DNA of 64,000 nt from Rhodomicrobiaceae bacterium (GCA_050330195.1 JBHJOB010000025.1:649-64648), one strand, 5' to 3'. Numbered from the stretch's first letter, positions 1-8,983 are shown. The notes: generated by a model from the sequence alone, not told the origin. Program-made: numbers and translations.

Positions 1-962
1 TTGGTCATGGATGACACGCCGGTAATTCGCGGGTTCAACTCGCCCAGATAGATCTCGCCGGTGCCTTCCTCAATCAGGAAGTCCAGCTCGAAATAGCCGC
101 GATAACCCTCGGAGCGAAGCTGCTCACCAAATGCGAACGTGTACTCCTTGGCCTTGTCGCGCACTTCCTGCGAGAAGCTATCGGCGAAGATCTCGTTGCC
201 GCACCAGCCGCCGCGATAGGGCGTCAGCTCCTTGAAGCCGACCAACTCGGTCATCAGCGGACCGACGATGGTGCCTTCCTTCGTCGCGCAGGCTTCGATC
301 GCGGAACCACGGCAGACCAGCCGCTTCATCACCTTGATCTCGCCCTGTCCGACGATTTCCTTCTCGTGCTTGCGGTAGTCCGCCTCGGTCTTGATGAAGA
401 AGGTCGTGTGCCCGCTGTCGCCGAAGGCCGATTGCAGCACGAGATCGTCGCCCAACCCGGCATCGCCCGCCACCTGCTGAAGCTGCTCCCAGCTATCGAT
501 AACGGAAAGCGTGTTCGGCGCGGAGGGTACGCCGGCCTTGTTCCCGATACGGACGGTTTCGATCTTGTTGTCGACACGGGTCCGCAGCTCCGCTTTCGGA
601 AACCAGACTTCGGCGCCCAGTTCGCTGGCGAGCTTTTCCGTTTCGTCATCGAACATCAGGAAGACGAATTTAGGGTCGTCGCCGCGCGACTTCACGAAGT
701 CGACGACCTGCTTGTGCTGGAGCAGATAGTTGTTGATGTCCTCGATCGAGGTGAATTCGTCATGCGGCGTTTCAGGCGGCACGAGAACGTTGGGATGCCG
801 GCCGTCATAACAGTCGATGTAGTTGACATACTTGAAATTCTTCACCCATTCGTCGAGGCCGAGCAGGTTGAAGTTCGTCGCGCTGATGAAGTAGATCGGG
901 GTCTCGTTCCGGTGAAAGAAACGGCGGATCTCGGAAATATTGTTCAGTTTTTTCGGGGACAT
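1..962 (-). CDS. ATP-grasp domain protein (biotin-carboxylase-like). N-terminal ~320 aa only; the C-terminus runs off the left edge
   Basis: Absent from the ORF track because it has no in-window stop. Hand translation from ATG at 960-962, preceded by GAGGAGGAAAGCC, gives MSPKKLNNISEIRRFFHRNETPIYFISATNFNLLGLDEW...GYRGYFELDFLIEEGTGEIYLGELNPRITG. This is an ATP-grasp-type core with high third-position GC. Confidence 0.7.
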   Translation of the reverse strand, partial: MSPKKLNNISEIRRFFHRNETPIYFISATNFNLLGLDEWVKNFKYVNYIDCYDGRHPNVLVPPETPHDEFTSIEDINNYLLQHKQVVDFVKSRGDDPKFVFLMFDDETEKLASELGAEVWFPKAELRTRVDNKIETVRIGNKAGVPSAPNTLSVIDSWEQLQQVAGDAGLGDDLVLQSAFGDSGHTTFFIKTEADYRKHEKEIVGQGEIKVMKRLVCRGSAIEACATKEGTIVGPLMTELVGFKELTPYRGGWCGNEIFADSFSQEVRDKAKEYTFAFGEQLRSEGYRGYFELDFLIEEGTGEIYLGELNPRITGVSSMT

Positions 963-1012
963 GGCTTTCCTCCTCAGTCAGCGCGGGGGCAATGGGTGTC
1001 GGGCGATACTCA

Positions 1013-3784
1013 CTATTCGGCGGCGGTTGACAGCGGCAGGGAGAGCGACTCGAGCGCCTCCTCGGTGAAGACGCGCAAGCCCAGCTCGGGGCGATAGCCG
1101 TGGATCTCCTTCACGTCCAGCGCGCGCATGAAGCCAAGGATCTCGCGCGAGATGACCTGCCCCGGCACGAGGATCGGAAATCCCGGCGGGTACGGAATAA
1201 TGAAGGCGGATGATACGACGTCGCGTCCCGACTCGATGGCGCGGTCGAGAGCACCACTCTCTAGCGGCATGTACTCGCATTTGTCCTCGTCATAAGCGAG
1301 GAAGAAGGCGGAGCGCACGTCGCCCTCCGGCGTGCCGCTGGCGTCGGTCGAACGGAACGCATCGTGGAAGCGGCTGAAATCCGGCAGCGGCGGCAGCGTC
1401 TGAGTGAGCGATTTCACGCGATGGTCGAACGAAATCCGCTCCATCTTCGAGGCGTCGTCGAGCAACTCGTCCAGCTCGTTTGCGATCTGCACCAGAACCT
1501 CGATCAGATAGGCGACCGAGGAGCGCGTCGTGCCGATATTGGTCATGAACAGCACGGTGTTGCGGGAGGTCTTGTTGATCTGGATGCCGTATTTATCCAT
1601 CAGGATGGTGTTCTTGAACGTGTCGCCGTCATAGCCGGTGCCGCCGACGGCGAGCGTCACGCGGGTGGCGTCGAGCACGAATTCATCCGTCGCCCACGAC
1701 TCCCAGATGTCGTTCCAGCCCTGGCCGGGCTGATAATACGAGGTGATGCCGCTCTCGCGGTACTCCTCCGGAATCATGTCCCCGGCGGTGAGCACCTTGA
1801 AATATTTCTGCAAGCGCGGATGGGTCGCAATCGCCCGGCGCATGGCCATCGCGGCTTCCACCTGCTTCTGCACAAGCTCGAAGCCTTCAAGCTCCACCTG
1901 TCGCCGGCCGACATCCAGCGAGGCGATGATCTGGTAGTTCGGCGACGTGGAGGTATGCGTCATATAGGCTTCGTGGAAGACCTGCTCGACCTCGCCCTTG
2001 AAGTCCTGATCGTTGACATGGATCATCGAGCCCTGACGCAGCGCGGTCAGCGTCTTGTGCGTGGACTGCGTCGCGTAGACGCGCACGCGCGCATTCGGCG
2101 GCGGGACCAGCCGGGTGTTGAGCAGCGTCTCGTCATCGGCGTCCTTGAGCTGGGCCTGCTGCGCGTCATATTCCGCCTTGTGTTCGGGCGAACGCAGACG
2201 CTCGCGCAGGACGTTGGCGGCATTCATGCCGGTGCGCTGGCGATAGGTCGGACCGAAGCGGGCAAAACCGAACCAGGCCTCATCCCAGAGGAAGACAAGG
2301 TCCGGCTTGATGGCGAGACATTCCTCCATCACCCGCTCGACATTATAGACCAGCCCATCGAATGTGCAGTTGGTCAGCGTCAGCATCCGTACACGGTCAA
2401 GCTTGCCGGCGGCCTTGAGCTTCAGAAGCGCGTGCTTGATTTCACGGAGCGGCACCGCGCCATACATCGAGTACGGATTAAGCGGATAGCTGTCGAGATA
2501 GACGACATGCGCTCCCGCCAGCACCATGCCGTAATGGTGCGACTTGTGGCAATCCCGGTCCACCAGCACGATATCGCCGGGGCGGACGAGCGCCTGCACG
2601 ACGATCTTGTTGCAGGTCGAGGTGCCGTTGGTGGCGAAGAAGGTCTGTTTCGAGCCGAATGCGCGAGCCGCCAGCTTTTGCGCATCGCGGATCGGCCCAT
2701 GCGGCTCCAGCAGGCTGTCGAGCCCGCCCGACGTTGCCGAAGTCTCCGCCATGAAGATGTTCGGCCCGTAAAACGCGCCCATATCCTGAATCCAGTGCGA
2801 GCGCGAGATCGACTTGCCGCGGCTGATCGGCATGGCATGGAAGACGCCCGTGGGCTGCTTGGAATACTCCTTCAACGCGGTAAAGAACGGCGTCTTGTAG
2901 CGGGAATTGACGCCGCGAAGAATGTTCAGATGCAGCTCGGTGAAGTCTTCCTGATTGTAGAAGACGCGACGGCAGCCGCCCAGATCCTTGCCCGCAATAT
3001 CCTCGACCGAACGATCCGTCACCAGGTAGACGTCGAGCTCGGGCCGCACCTTCGCGATCAGCCGTGACAGCTCCGGTCCGTATTCGGACGGCTCAAGCGC
3101 GTTCACATCTTCCTCGTCGCCAATGCGGCTCAAATAGCGCTTGAGGATCGGCAGCTTGTTGCGCGATTTGAGCGTCAGTCCGGGGCGAATAACGATCGCC
3201 TGTATGTTGTGGTTGAACAGGATCGCGATCAGCGCATCCTCAAGGCTCGGCACAAAGACGGTTTCGTAGTGAAACGGATCTTCGGCGCGGCGCATCCGGG
3301 CCAGATTGTTGCGTTGCCAACGTTCCTGCGCCTCGCTGATCTGATCGACGACGAGCACCTCGAAATAGGGCCGGTGCATGGCGCGCGCTTCAAGGCTCTC
3401 ATGATCGTCGTCATTGTCGTCGGCGTCGGTATCGTCGCGCATGAGCGGGATCGTACGGCGGCGGTAGGCTCCACTGGTCAGCGCACGGAAAATCCGTTTT
3501 GTCGTGAATGCAAGTTCGTCGAAATGCTGGTTGGTGAGCAGGCGCTGGAGATGTTCGAACCCGCCTCGCCCGGGAAACGCCCAGTACATCTCGATGGTTT
3601 CGAGCGAGTTCAGCAGATCCCTGGCCGCCGTTACATGCCGGGCCGTCGAGCGTCCGGCAGCATGATCTCGCGCAAGCCGGTCGGTCGTCTCGCGCAGTGA
3701 ACTCCAGCGGTCGGCGCGCAACTGAACCGCGCTGTAATAGTCGCTGAGAGACGCGGGTTGCGGCAGGGTTGCGTTTTGCGACAT
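1013..3784 (-). CDS. Orn/Lys/Arg decarboxylase family protein (large PLP-dependent, AAT-fold, with N-terminal receiver-like wing domain)
   Basis: Track ORF 1013..3862. The PLP-lysine motif YATQSTHKTLTALRQGS is present. Start placed at M27 (MSQNATLPQ, ATG 3784) because GGAGGAAGCGAC precedes it. Confidence 0.88.
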   Translation of the reverse strand: MSQNATLPQPASLSDYYSAVQLRADRWSSLRETTDRLARDHAAGRSTARHVTAARDLLNSLETIEMYWAFPGRGGFEHLQRLLTNQHFDELAFTTKRIFRALTSGAYRRRTIPLMRDDTDADDNDDDHESLEARAMHRPYFEVLVVDQISEAQERWQRNNLARMRRAEDPFHYETVFVPSLEDALIAILFNHNIQAIVIRPGLTLKSRNKLPILKRYLSRIGDEEDVNALEPSEYGPELSRLIAKVRPELDVYLVTDRSVEDIAGKDLGGCRRVFYNQEDFTELHLNILRGVNSRYKTPFFTALKEYSKQPTGVFHAMPISRGKSISRSHWIQDMGAFYGPNIFMAETSATSGGLDSLLEPHGPIRDAQKLAARAFGSKQTFFATNGTSTCNKIVVQALVRPGDIVLVDRDCHKSHHYGMVLAGAHVVYLDSYPLNPYSMYGAVPLREIKHALLKLKAAGKLDRVRMLTLTNCTFDGLVYNVERVMEECLAIKPDLVFLWDEAWFGFARFGPTYRQRTGMNAANVLRERLRSPEHKAEYDAQQAQLKDADDETLLNTRLVPPPNARVRVYATQSTHKTLTALRQGSMIHVNDQDFKGEVEQVFHEAYMTHTSTSPNYQIIASLDVGRRQVELEGFELVQKQVEAAMAMRRAIATHPRLQKYFKVLTAGDMIPEEYRESGITSYYQPGQGWNDIWESWATDEFVLDATRVTLAVGGTGYDGDTFKNTILMDKYGIQINKTSRNTVLFMTNIGTTRSSVAYLIEVLVQIANELDELLDDASKMERISFDHRVKSLTQTLPPLPDFSRFHDAFRSTDASGTPEGDVRSAFFLAYDEDKCEYMPLESGALDRAIESGRDVVSSAFIIPYPPGFPILVPGQVISREILGFMRALDVKEIHGYRPELGLRVFTEEALESLSLPLSTAAE

Positions 3785-3835
3785 GTCGCTTCCTCCAGAT
3801 TTTTTTGCGCCGCTATGTTTTTGCGAAGGCGGCTG

Positions 3836-3937
3836 GATCAGGATCATTCCCTGCGGAAACAATCCTGATCTTCATCTATTTGTTTCAAGCTCGATTTTTC
3901 CGAAAAATGGTGTCCATTTTATCGGATCTCGCTCTAG
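3836..3937 (+). repeat. 102-bp intergenic repeat element, copy 1 (two-hairpin REP/RIME/MITE-like)
   Basis: GATCAGGATC..N..GATCCTGATC hairpin, then CATCTATTTGTTTCAAGCTCGATTTTTCCGAAAAATGGTGTCCATTTTATCGGATCTCGCTCTAG. Near-identical copies lie at 10371-10472 (reverse) and 37330-37431. The same pseudo-peptide FFRKMVSILSDLAL appears in three spurious track ORFs. Confidence 0.85.
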
Positions 3938-4929
3938 GTTCGTTTTGGCCTTTCCGGTCTGAAAGGCTTCGTCTTGAGCGGTTGCTCCGCAGGCAGATCT
4001 GCGTGCGAGGGCTGATGCTGCGCATGGGCGGCAAGCGCCTCGGCCGGCGTGCGCCCGGACAGACCTGCCGTCGAGCCCCGCTCGGGAATAGCCAGCTTGC
4101 CGAGCGTGTGCAGATAGGCATCGCTCCCCGACGCGCGGTCGTAGACAGGAAAATCCGCCGAGCGCTCGCGGAAGCTTTTCAGCACCTGGCCGAGCCCGTT
4201 CAGTCCCGTCTCCCGCTGACGCCGGACGAGATCCAGATCCACCTCGAAAGGGAACATGTCCTCCTGTCCGCCCGCCTGGTGGAGCACGCGCGCCGCCGGA
4301 TCGACCACGAGCGACTTGCCGACGCCGCCCGCGCCGAGGCCGTTCACGTCGAACACGTAGCACTGGAACTGGGCCGCCGTGGCCCGCGTGATCGCAAGCT
4401 CCGCGTCCCGGTCCGTCGTCCCCGTCAGCACCGGATGCAGAAGCACCTCGACGCCCTGCGAGGTAAGCTGCCGGGTCGTCTCGGGGAACCAGATGTCGTA
4501 GCAGATCGAAACGCCGAAACGCCCGACCTTGGGCACGTCGAAAATGCAGAACTCGGTGCCTGCCGCCGCTTCCTGCTCATAGGGGCAGAAGGGAAACATC
4601 TTGCGGTAGCGTGAGATGACCTCGCCTTCCGGATTGATCACCGGGGTCGTGTTGTAGATGCGCCCGTCTTCGGTTTTCTCGAACATCGAGCCGGGAATGA
4701 GCCAGACCCCGTGCCGCTGCGCCGCCACCTGAAAGCGCTGCTCGGTTTCGCCTGGCATCGGTTCCGCCGTGCGCGTCAGCGGACCATGCGGCGCGAGTTC
4801 GCTGAACAGGACCATCTGCACCCACGGAAAGCGCGCCATCAGAATGTCGAGCCGGTGTTCCATCGCGGTGACATTCTCGTGCAGCGCCGAGACATGCATC
4901 TGTATTCCGGCTATCGCGAATGGGGTCAT
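3934..4929 (-). CDS. Carbon-nitrogen hydrolase (nitrilase superfamily amidase)
   Basis: Track ORF 3934..5097. Glu-Lys-Cys triad context is present (VLFSELAPHG, RYRKMFPF, VSICYDIWFPE). Start moved to MTPFAIAGIQMH (ATG 4929), which is preceded by AGGAGCAACC. The stop TAG lies inside the terminal CTAG of repeat copy 1. Confidence 0.8.
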   Translation of the reverse strand: MTPFAIAGIQMHVSALHENVTAMEHRLDILMARFPWVQMVLFSELAPHGPLTRTAEPMPGETEQRFQVAAQRHGVWLIPGSMFEKTEDGRIYNTTPVINPEGEVISRYRKMFPFCPYEQEAAAGTEFCIFDVPKVGRFGVSICYDIWFPETTRQLTSQGVEVLLHPVLTGTTDRDAELAITRATAAQFQCYVFDVNGLGAGGVGKSLVVDPAARVLHQAGGQEDMFPFEVDLDLVRRQRETGLNGLGQVLKSFRERSADFPVYDRASGSDAYLHTLGKLAIPERGSTAGLSGRTPAEALAAHAQHQPSHADLPAEQPLKTKPFRPERPKRT

Positions 4930-5175
4930 GGTTGCTCCTGGGTTCTGTCCTTGACCGGACATGTTAACTCGTGCGGTTGAATCAAACGGAACGGTCCCAA
5001 GTCGCGTAGCCCCTGCCCAAAACGAATTGAAGAACTCCTTTACGCAATACTCGCGCACGGCCTGATAATGAAACGTGCGGAACACGAATTTCAGCAACTG
5101 CTAATAGATAAGTGTCGCCCAGCAATGCGAGAAAGGCAAGCGCCGCCCCCTGCCTCTCACGCTTTTATAGCCGGA

Positions 5176-6453
5176 TCAGGCGGCTCTGAGGGCGGAGGCC
5201 AGCGCGTCCAGCCCTTCTTCCAGATGGGCGTCCTCGATGGTGAGCGGGGCGAGCAGCCTGACAGTGTTGGCGTAATAGCCGCATGACAGAATGATCAGCC
5301 CGTGCTCAAGCGCCTTCGCGGTCACCGCCTTCGTCGCATCCGCATCGGGCTCATGCGCGCCACGCTCCTTCACAAGTTCGAACGCCACCATCGCGCCAAG
5401 ACCACGCACATCGCCGATGGGCCGCGTATCGTTGGAGCGCTTGATCTCCTCGATCCGCTCCATCATCCGCGCGCCGATGCGCTGCGACCGCTCGCACAGC
5501 CCTTCGCTCTCGATCGCATCGAGCACGGCGAGCGCCGCCGCACAGGCAATCGGATTGCCGCCATAGGTGCCGCCCAGACCGCCCGGATCGGGCGCGTCCA
5601 TGATCTCCGCCTTGCCGATCAGCCCCGAAATCGGGAAGCCGCCGCCAAGCGCCTTGGCGATGGGGATCAGATCCGGCTCGACATCGTAATGCTCGATGGC
5701 GAAGACCTTGCCGGTGCGCGCAAAGCCGCTCTGCACTTCGTCGGCGACGAGGCAAATACCGTGGGCGTCGCAAATCTCGCGCAGTTTTTTCATGAAGCCC
5801 TTCGGCGTCAGATAGAAACCGCCCTCGCCCTGCACCGGCTCGATGACGATGGCCGCAACCTGATCCGGCGGCATGTCGGCCTTGAAGATGTGCTCCAGCG
5901 CGCGGAGGCTGTCGGCGTCGGTCGTGCCGTGATGCGGGATCGGAAAAGGCGCGTGGAAAATGCCGGGCGGCATCATGCCGAACTTGTTGCGGTAGGGCGC
6001 GGACTTGCCGGTCATGGCCATGGTCAGCAAAGTGCGGCCGTGAAATGCGCCGGTGAAGGTGATGATTCCGGGGCGGCCGGTATGGGCGCGGGCGATCTTG
6101 ACTGCGTTTTCGGTGGCTTCCGCGCCGGTCGTGAAGAAGATCGACCTGGCGTTCCGGATCGGGGCGAGCGCGTTCAGCTTCTCGGCGAGTTCCACATAGA
6201 CATCATAGCCTGCAACCTGAAACGCAACGTGGGCGAAGCGCTCCATCTGCGCCTTGGCGGCAGCGACGATCTTCGGGTGCAGATGGCCGGTATTCGTCAC
6301 GGCGATGCCCGAAGCGAAGTCGATATAGCGCCGGCCTTCCACGTCCCAGACTTCGGCATTCCTTGCACGATCCACAAAGATCGGCGACGCCGTCCCGACG
6401 CCGCGCGGAATTGCGGCTTCCCTGCGCTGGAGCAGTTCGGCATTCGTGGTCAT
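5176..6453 (-). CDS. gabT: 4-aminobutyrate--2-oxoglutarate transaminase (class III aminotransferase)
   Basis: Track ORF 5176..6465. GabT-like N-terminus (NAELLQRREAAIPRGVG) and DEVQSGFARTG...AKALGGGFP PLP region. ATG 6453 is preferred because GGAGAACGCC lies upstream; ATG 6465 is the alternative. Confidence 0.85.
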   Translation of the reverse strand: MTTNAELLQRREAAIPRGVGTASPIFVDRARNAEVWDVEGRRYIDFASGIAVTNTGHLHPKIVAAAKAQMERFAHVAFQVAGYDVYVELAEKLNALAPIRNARSIFFTTGAEATENAVKIARAHTGRPGIITFTGAFHGRTLLTMAMTGKSAPYRNKFGMMPPGIFHAPFPIPHHGTTDADSLRALEHIFKADMPPDQVAAIVIEPVQGEGGFYLTPKGFMKKLREICDAHGICLVADEVQSGFARTGKVFAIEHYDVEPDLIPIAKALGGGFPISGLIGKAEIMDAPDPGGLGGTYGGNPIACAAALAVLDAIESEGLCERSQRIGARMMERIEEIKRSNDTRPIGDVRGLGAMVAFELVKERGAHEPDADATKAVTAKALEHGLIILSCGYYANTVRLLAPLTIEDAHLEEGLDALASALRAA

Positions 6454-6499
6454 GGCGTTCTCCATTAACGCTTGTGAAGTGACGTTCTTTCCTAATCGG

Positions 6500-6539
6500 A
6501 TTGATAAGAATACTAAACATCATCTATATTCTAATCAAT
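6500..6539. promoter_or_regulatory. 13-bp inverted repeat (12/13 match) in the gabT / XRE-cupin divergent promoter region; candidate operator
   Basis: ATTGATAAGAATA (6500-6512) - N14 - TATTCTAATCAAT (6527-6539) in an AT-rich 99-bp intergenic region. Confidence 0.4.
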
Positions 6540-6564
6540 TCAATAATTTTTCTAAGCAGGGCAT

Positions 6565-7197
6565 ATGTCGGACCGGAACGGAGAAATGGCTGTGGCAGAA
6601 ACGCAGACACACGCGATGGAGCTGGATGTCGGCCAGCGGCTCAAGGCCATCCGGACGGCCCACGGCCTTTCCCAGCGCCAGCTTGCGGCGAAGGCGGGCG
6701 TGACAGGCGGCATGATTTCCATGGTCGAGCAGAACCGCATCAGCCCGTCCATTTCCTCGCTGAAAAAGATCCTTCAGGCGCTGCCGATGACCCTTTCGGA
6801 ATTCTTCAGCGCCGAACTCGACGGAACGGACAAGGTTTTCTACCGCTTTGGCGAACTGCGCGAGATCAACCCGACCAGCCTTGCCGGCCGCCCGGCCAGG
6901 AAGCGCGGCGCGGCAATCTCGTTCCGGCAGGTCGGCGACGCGGCCAAGCATGCGCTGCAAATCCTGCATGAAAGTTACGAGCCGGGCGCGGACACTGGCG
7001 AAGAGCTTTACGCGCACGAGGCCGAGGAGGGCGGCATCGTCATTTCCGGGGAAATCGAGGTGACTGTCGGCAATCAGGTCGAAACGCTCGGTCCGGGCGA
7101 TGCCTATCTGTTCGACAGCCGCATTCCGCACCGCTTCCGCAATACAGGTGAGGAACCCTGCATCATCGTCAGCGCCTGCACACCGCCCTCGTTTTAA
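6565..7197 (+). CDS. XRE-family HTH + cupin domain transcriptional regulator (PuuR-like architecture)
   Basis: HTH segment GQRLKAIRTAHGLSQRQLAAKAGVTGGMISMVEQNR. C-terminal cupin-like HAHEAEEGGIVISGEIEVTVG...GDAYLFDSRIPHRFRN. Divergent from gabT. Confidence 0.85.
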   Translation: MSDRNGEMAVAETQTHAMELDVGQRLKAIRTAHGLSQRQLAAKAGVTGGMISMVEQNRISPSISSLKKILQALPMTLSEFFSAELDGTDKVFYRFGELREINPTSLAGRPARKRGAAISFRQVGDAAKHALQILHESYEPGADTGEELYAHEAEEGGIVISGEIEVTVGNQVETLGPGDAYLFDSRIPHRFRNTGEEPCIIVSACTPPSF

Positions 7198-7289
7198 TCG
7201 CACCGCGACTTGCTTGCGGCCCCGCGAGGGATCATTTCACGCTCTGATGCGTTACATAACGTCCCCGCAATTCTCCCTATGGGTTTGCC

Positions 7290-7799
7290 ATGCGCGCTTT
7301 TCTGATCGCCTGCCTGCTTTTTCTCTCGGCAAGCGTCACTCCCGCTTCCGCCGATGACGGTCCCGACCTGATCTTCAAGAAGACGACCGTGTGGAAATTT
7401 CTTTCTCCGGACCACAAGCTGGCGACCTACGCCATCGACGATCCGAGGGTGGAAGGCATCGCCTGCCATTTCACCGTGCCCGAAAAGGGCGGCTGGATCG
7501 GTTGGGCGGGGCTGGCCGAGGAATTGTCGAACGCTTCGCTCGCCTGCCGTCAGATCGGCCCGGTCAAGTTCAAGACAAAATTCGAGCAGGGCGAGGAGAT
7601 GTTCCGACAGCGCCGCTCACTCTTCTTCAAGAAGATGCGCATCGTTCGGGGCTGCGACCCGAAGCGCAACGTGCTCGTCTATCTTGTCTATACCGACAAG
7701 CTGATCGAGGGCAGTCCACAGAACTCCACATCGACCGTGCCGATCATGCCATGGGGAGACCAGCAACCCGAGCGCTGCGCCGACTGGGTCACCAAGTAG
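7290..7799 (+). CDS. creA: CreA family protein (signal peptide)
   Basis: Signal peptide MRAFLIACLLFLSASVTPASA, plus the CreA-like core RIVRGCDPKRNVLVYLVYTDKLIEGSPQNSTSTVPI. Confidence 0.75.
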   Translation: MRAFLIACLLFLSASVTPASADDGPDLIFKKTTVWKFLSPDHKLATYAIDDPRVEGIACHFTVPEKGGWIGWAGLAEELSNASLACRQIGPVKFKTKFEQGEEMFRQRRSLFFKKMRIVRGCDPKRNVLVYLVYTDKLIEGSPQNSTSTVPIMPWGDQQPERCADWVTK

Positions 7800-7888
7800 G
7801 CCTGCCCCCTCGGCCACAACGCTTTGACACCGGTCAGTCCGCAATGATAAGGGCGGGTGCACACGCGCAACAGGAGACAGGGCAGGAC

Positions 7889-8926
7889 ATGGTGACGAAT
7901 TGGAGCGCGCGCGCAAACCGCTATGAACAAATGCCGTACAAGCGCTGCGGCCGCTCCGGACTGAAGCTGCCCGCCATCTCGCTCGGCCTCTGGCATAATT
8001 TCGGCGCGACGGCGTCTCTCGCCAATGCCCGCGAAATGATCCTGCGCGCCTTCGATCTCGGCATCACGCATTTCGACCTGGCCAATAATTACGGTCCGCC
8101 TCCCGGGTCGGCCGAGGAAAATTTCGGCCGCATCCTGAAGAGCGACCTTGTGCGCTACCGCGACGAGATGGTCATTTCCACCAAGGCGGGCTATCTCATG
8201 TGGCCCGGCCCTTACGGCGAATGGGGGTCGCGTAAATATCTTCTGTCGAGCCTCGACCAGAGCCTGAAGCGGATGGGGCTCGACCATGTCGACATCTTCT
8301 ATTCGCACCGGGTCGATCCCGATACGCCGCTGGAGGAAACGCTCGGCGCGCTCGACACCGCCGTCCGCCAGGGCAAGGCGCTATATGCCGCCATCTCCTC
8401 CTATTCGCCGGAAAAGACCGCTGAAGCCGCAGCCATTTTGCGCGATCTCGGCACGCCCTGCCTCATCCACCAGCCATCCTATTCGATGCTCAATCGCTGG
8501 ATCGAGCGCGGCCTGCTCGACACGCTGGAAAAGGAAGGCATCGGCTGCATCGTCTTCTCGCCGCTGGCGCAGGGCCTGCTGACAAACAAATATCTGGGCG
8601 GCGTACCCGAGGGATCGCGCGCAACCAGCGGGACGCCAGCCTTCAGGCCGAATTTCCTCAACGAGGCGACGCTTGAGAAGATCCGGGCGCTCAACGGGAT
8701 TGCCGAGAAGCGCGGGCAAAGCCTTGCACAGATGGCCATTGCCTGGGCGCTTCGCGATCCGCGCGTGACGACCGCACTGATAGGCGCAAGCAGCGCCGCG
8801 CAGATCGAGAACAGTCTCAAGGCTCTGGACAGGCCCGACTTCTCCAGCGAAGAGCTTACCGAAATCGACCGCTACGCGACGGATAGCGGCATCGATATAT
8901 GGGAAAAATCCTCATCGATCGCGTAA
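7889..8926 (+). CDS. Aldo/keto reductase (YghZ / L-glyceraldehyde-3-phosphate reductase-like)
   Basis: In frame with track ORF 7391..8926, whose 5' part overlaps creA. Realistic start is MVTNWSARANRYEQMPYKRCGRSGLKLPAISLGLWHNFG. AKR motif GITHFDLANNYGPPPGSAEENFG is present. Confidence 0.85.
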   Translation: MVTNWSARANRYEQMPYKRCGRSGLKLPAISLGLWHNFGATASLANAREMILRAFDLGITHFDLANNYGPPPGSAEENFGRILKSDLVRYRDEMVISTKAGYLMWPGPYGEWGSRKYLLSSLDQSLKRMGLDHVDIFYSHRVDPDTPLEETLGALDTAVRQGKALYAAISSYSPEKTAEAAAILRDLGTPCLIHQPSYSMLNRWIERGLLDTLEKEGIGCIVFSPLAQGLLTNKYLGGVPEGSRATSGTPAFRPNFLNEATLEKIRALNGIAEKRGQSLAQMAIAWALRDPRVTTALIGASSAAQIENSLKALDRPDFSSEELTEIDRYATDSGIDIWEKSSSIA

Positions 8927-8983
8927 GCTGCGCATCATCTGTTATCCTCGTCGCAGGAAATGTCCGAGGGGGGCGAGCACGGC

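Noticed and set aside
7391-7888. The 5' extension of the aldo-keto reductase ORF, which overlaps creA.
   Set aside because: The extension is out of frame with the well-supported creA gene and looks like an Arg-rich translation artefact. AKR homology starts at MVTNWSARANRYEQMPYKRCG (7889).
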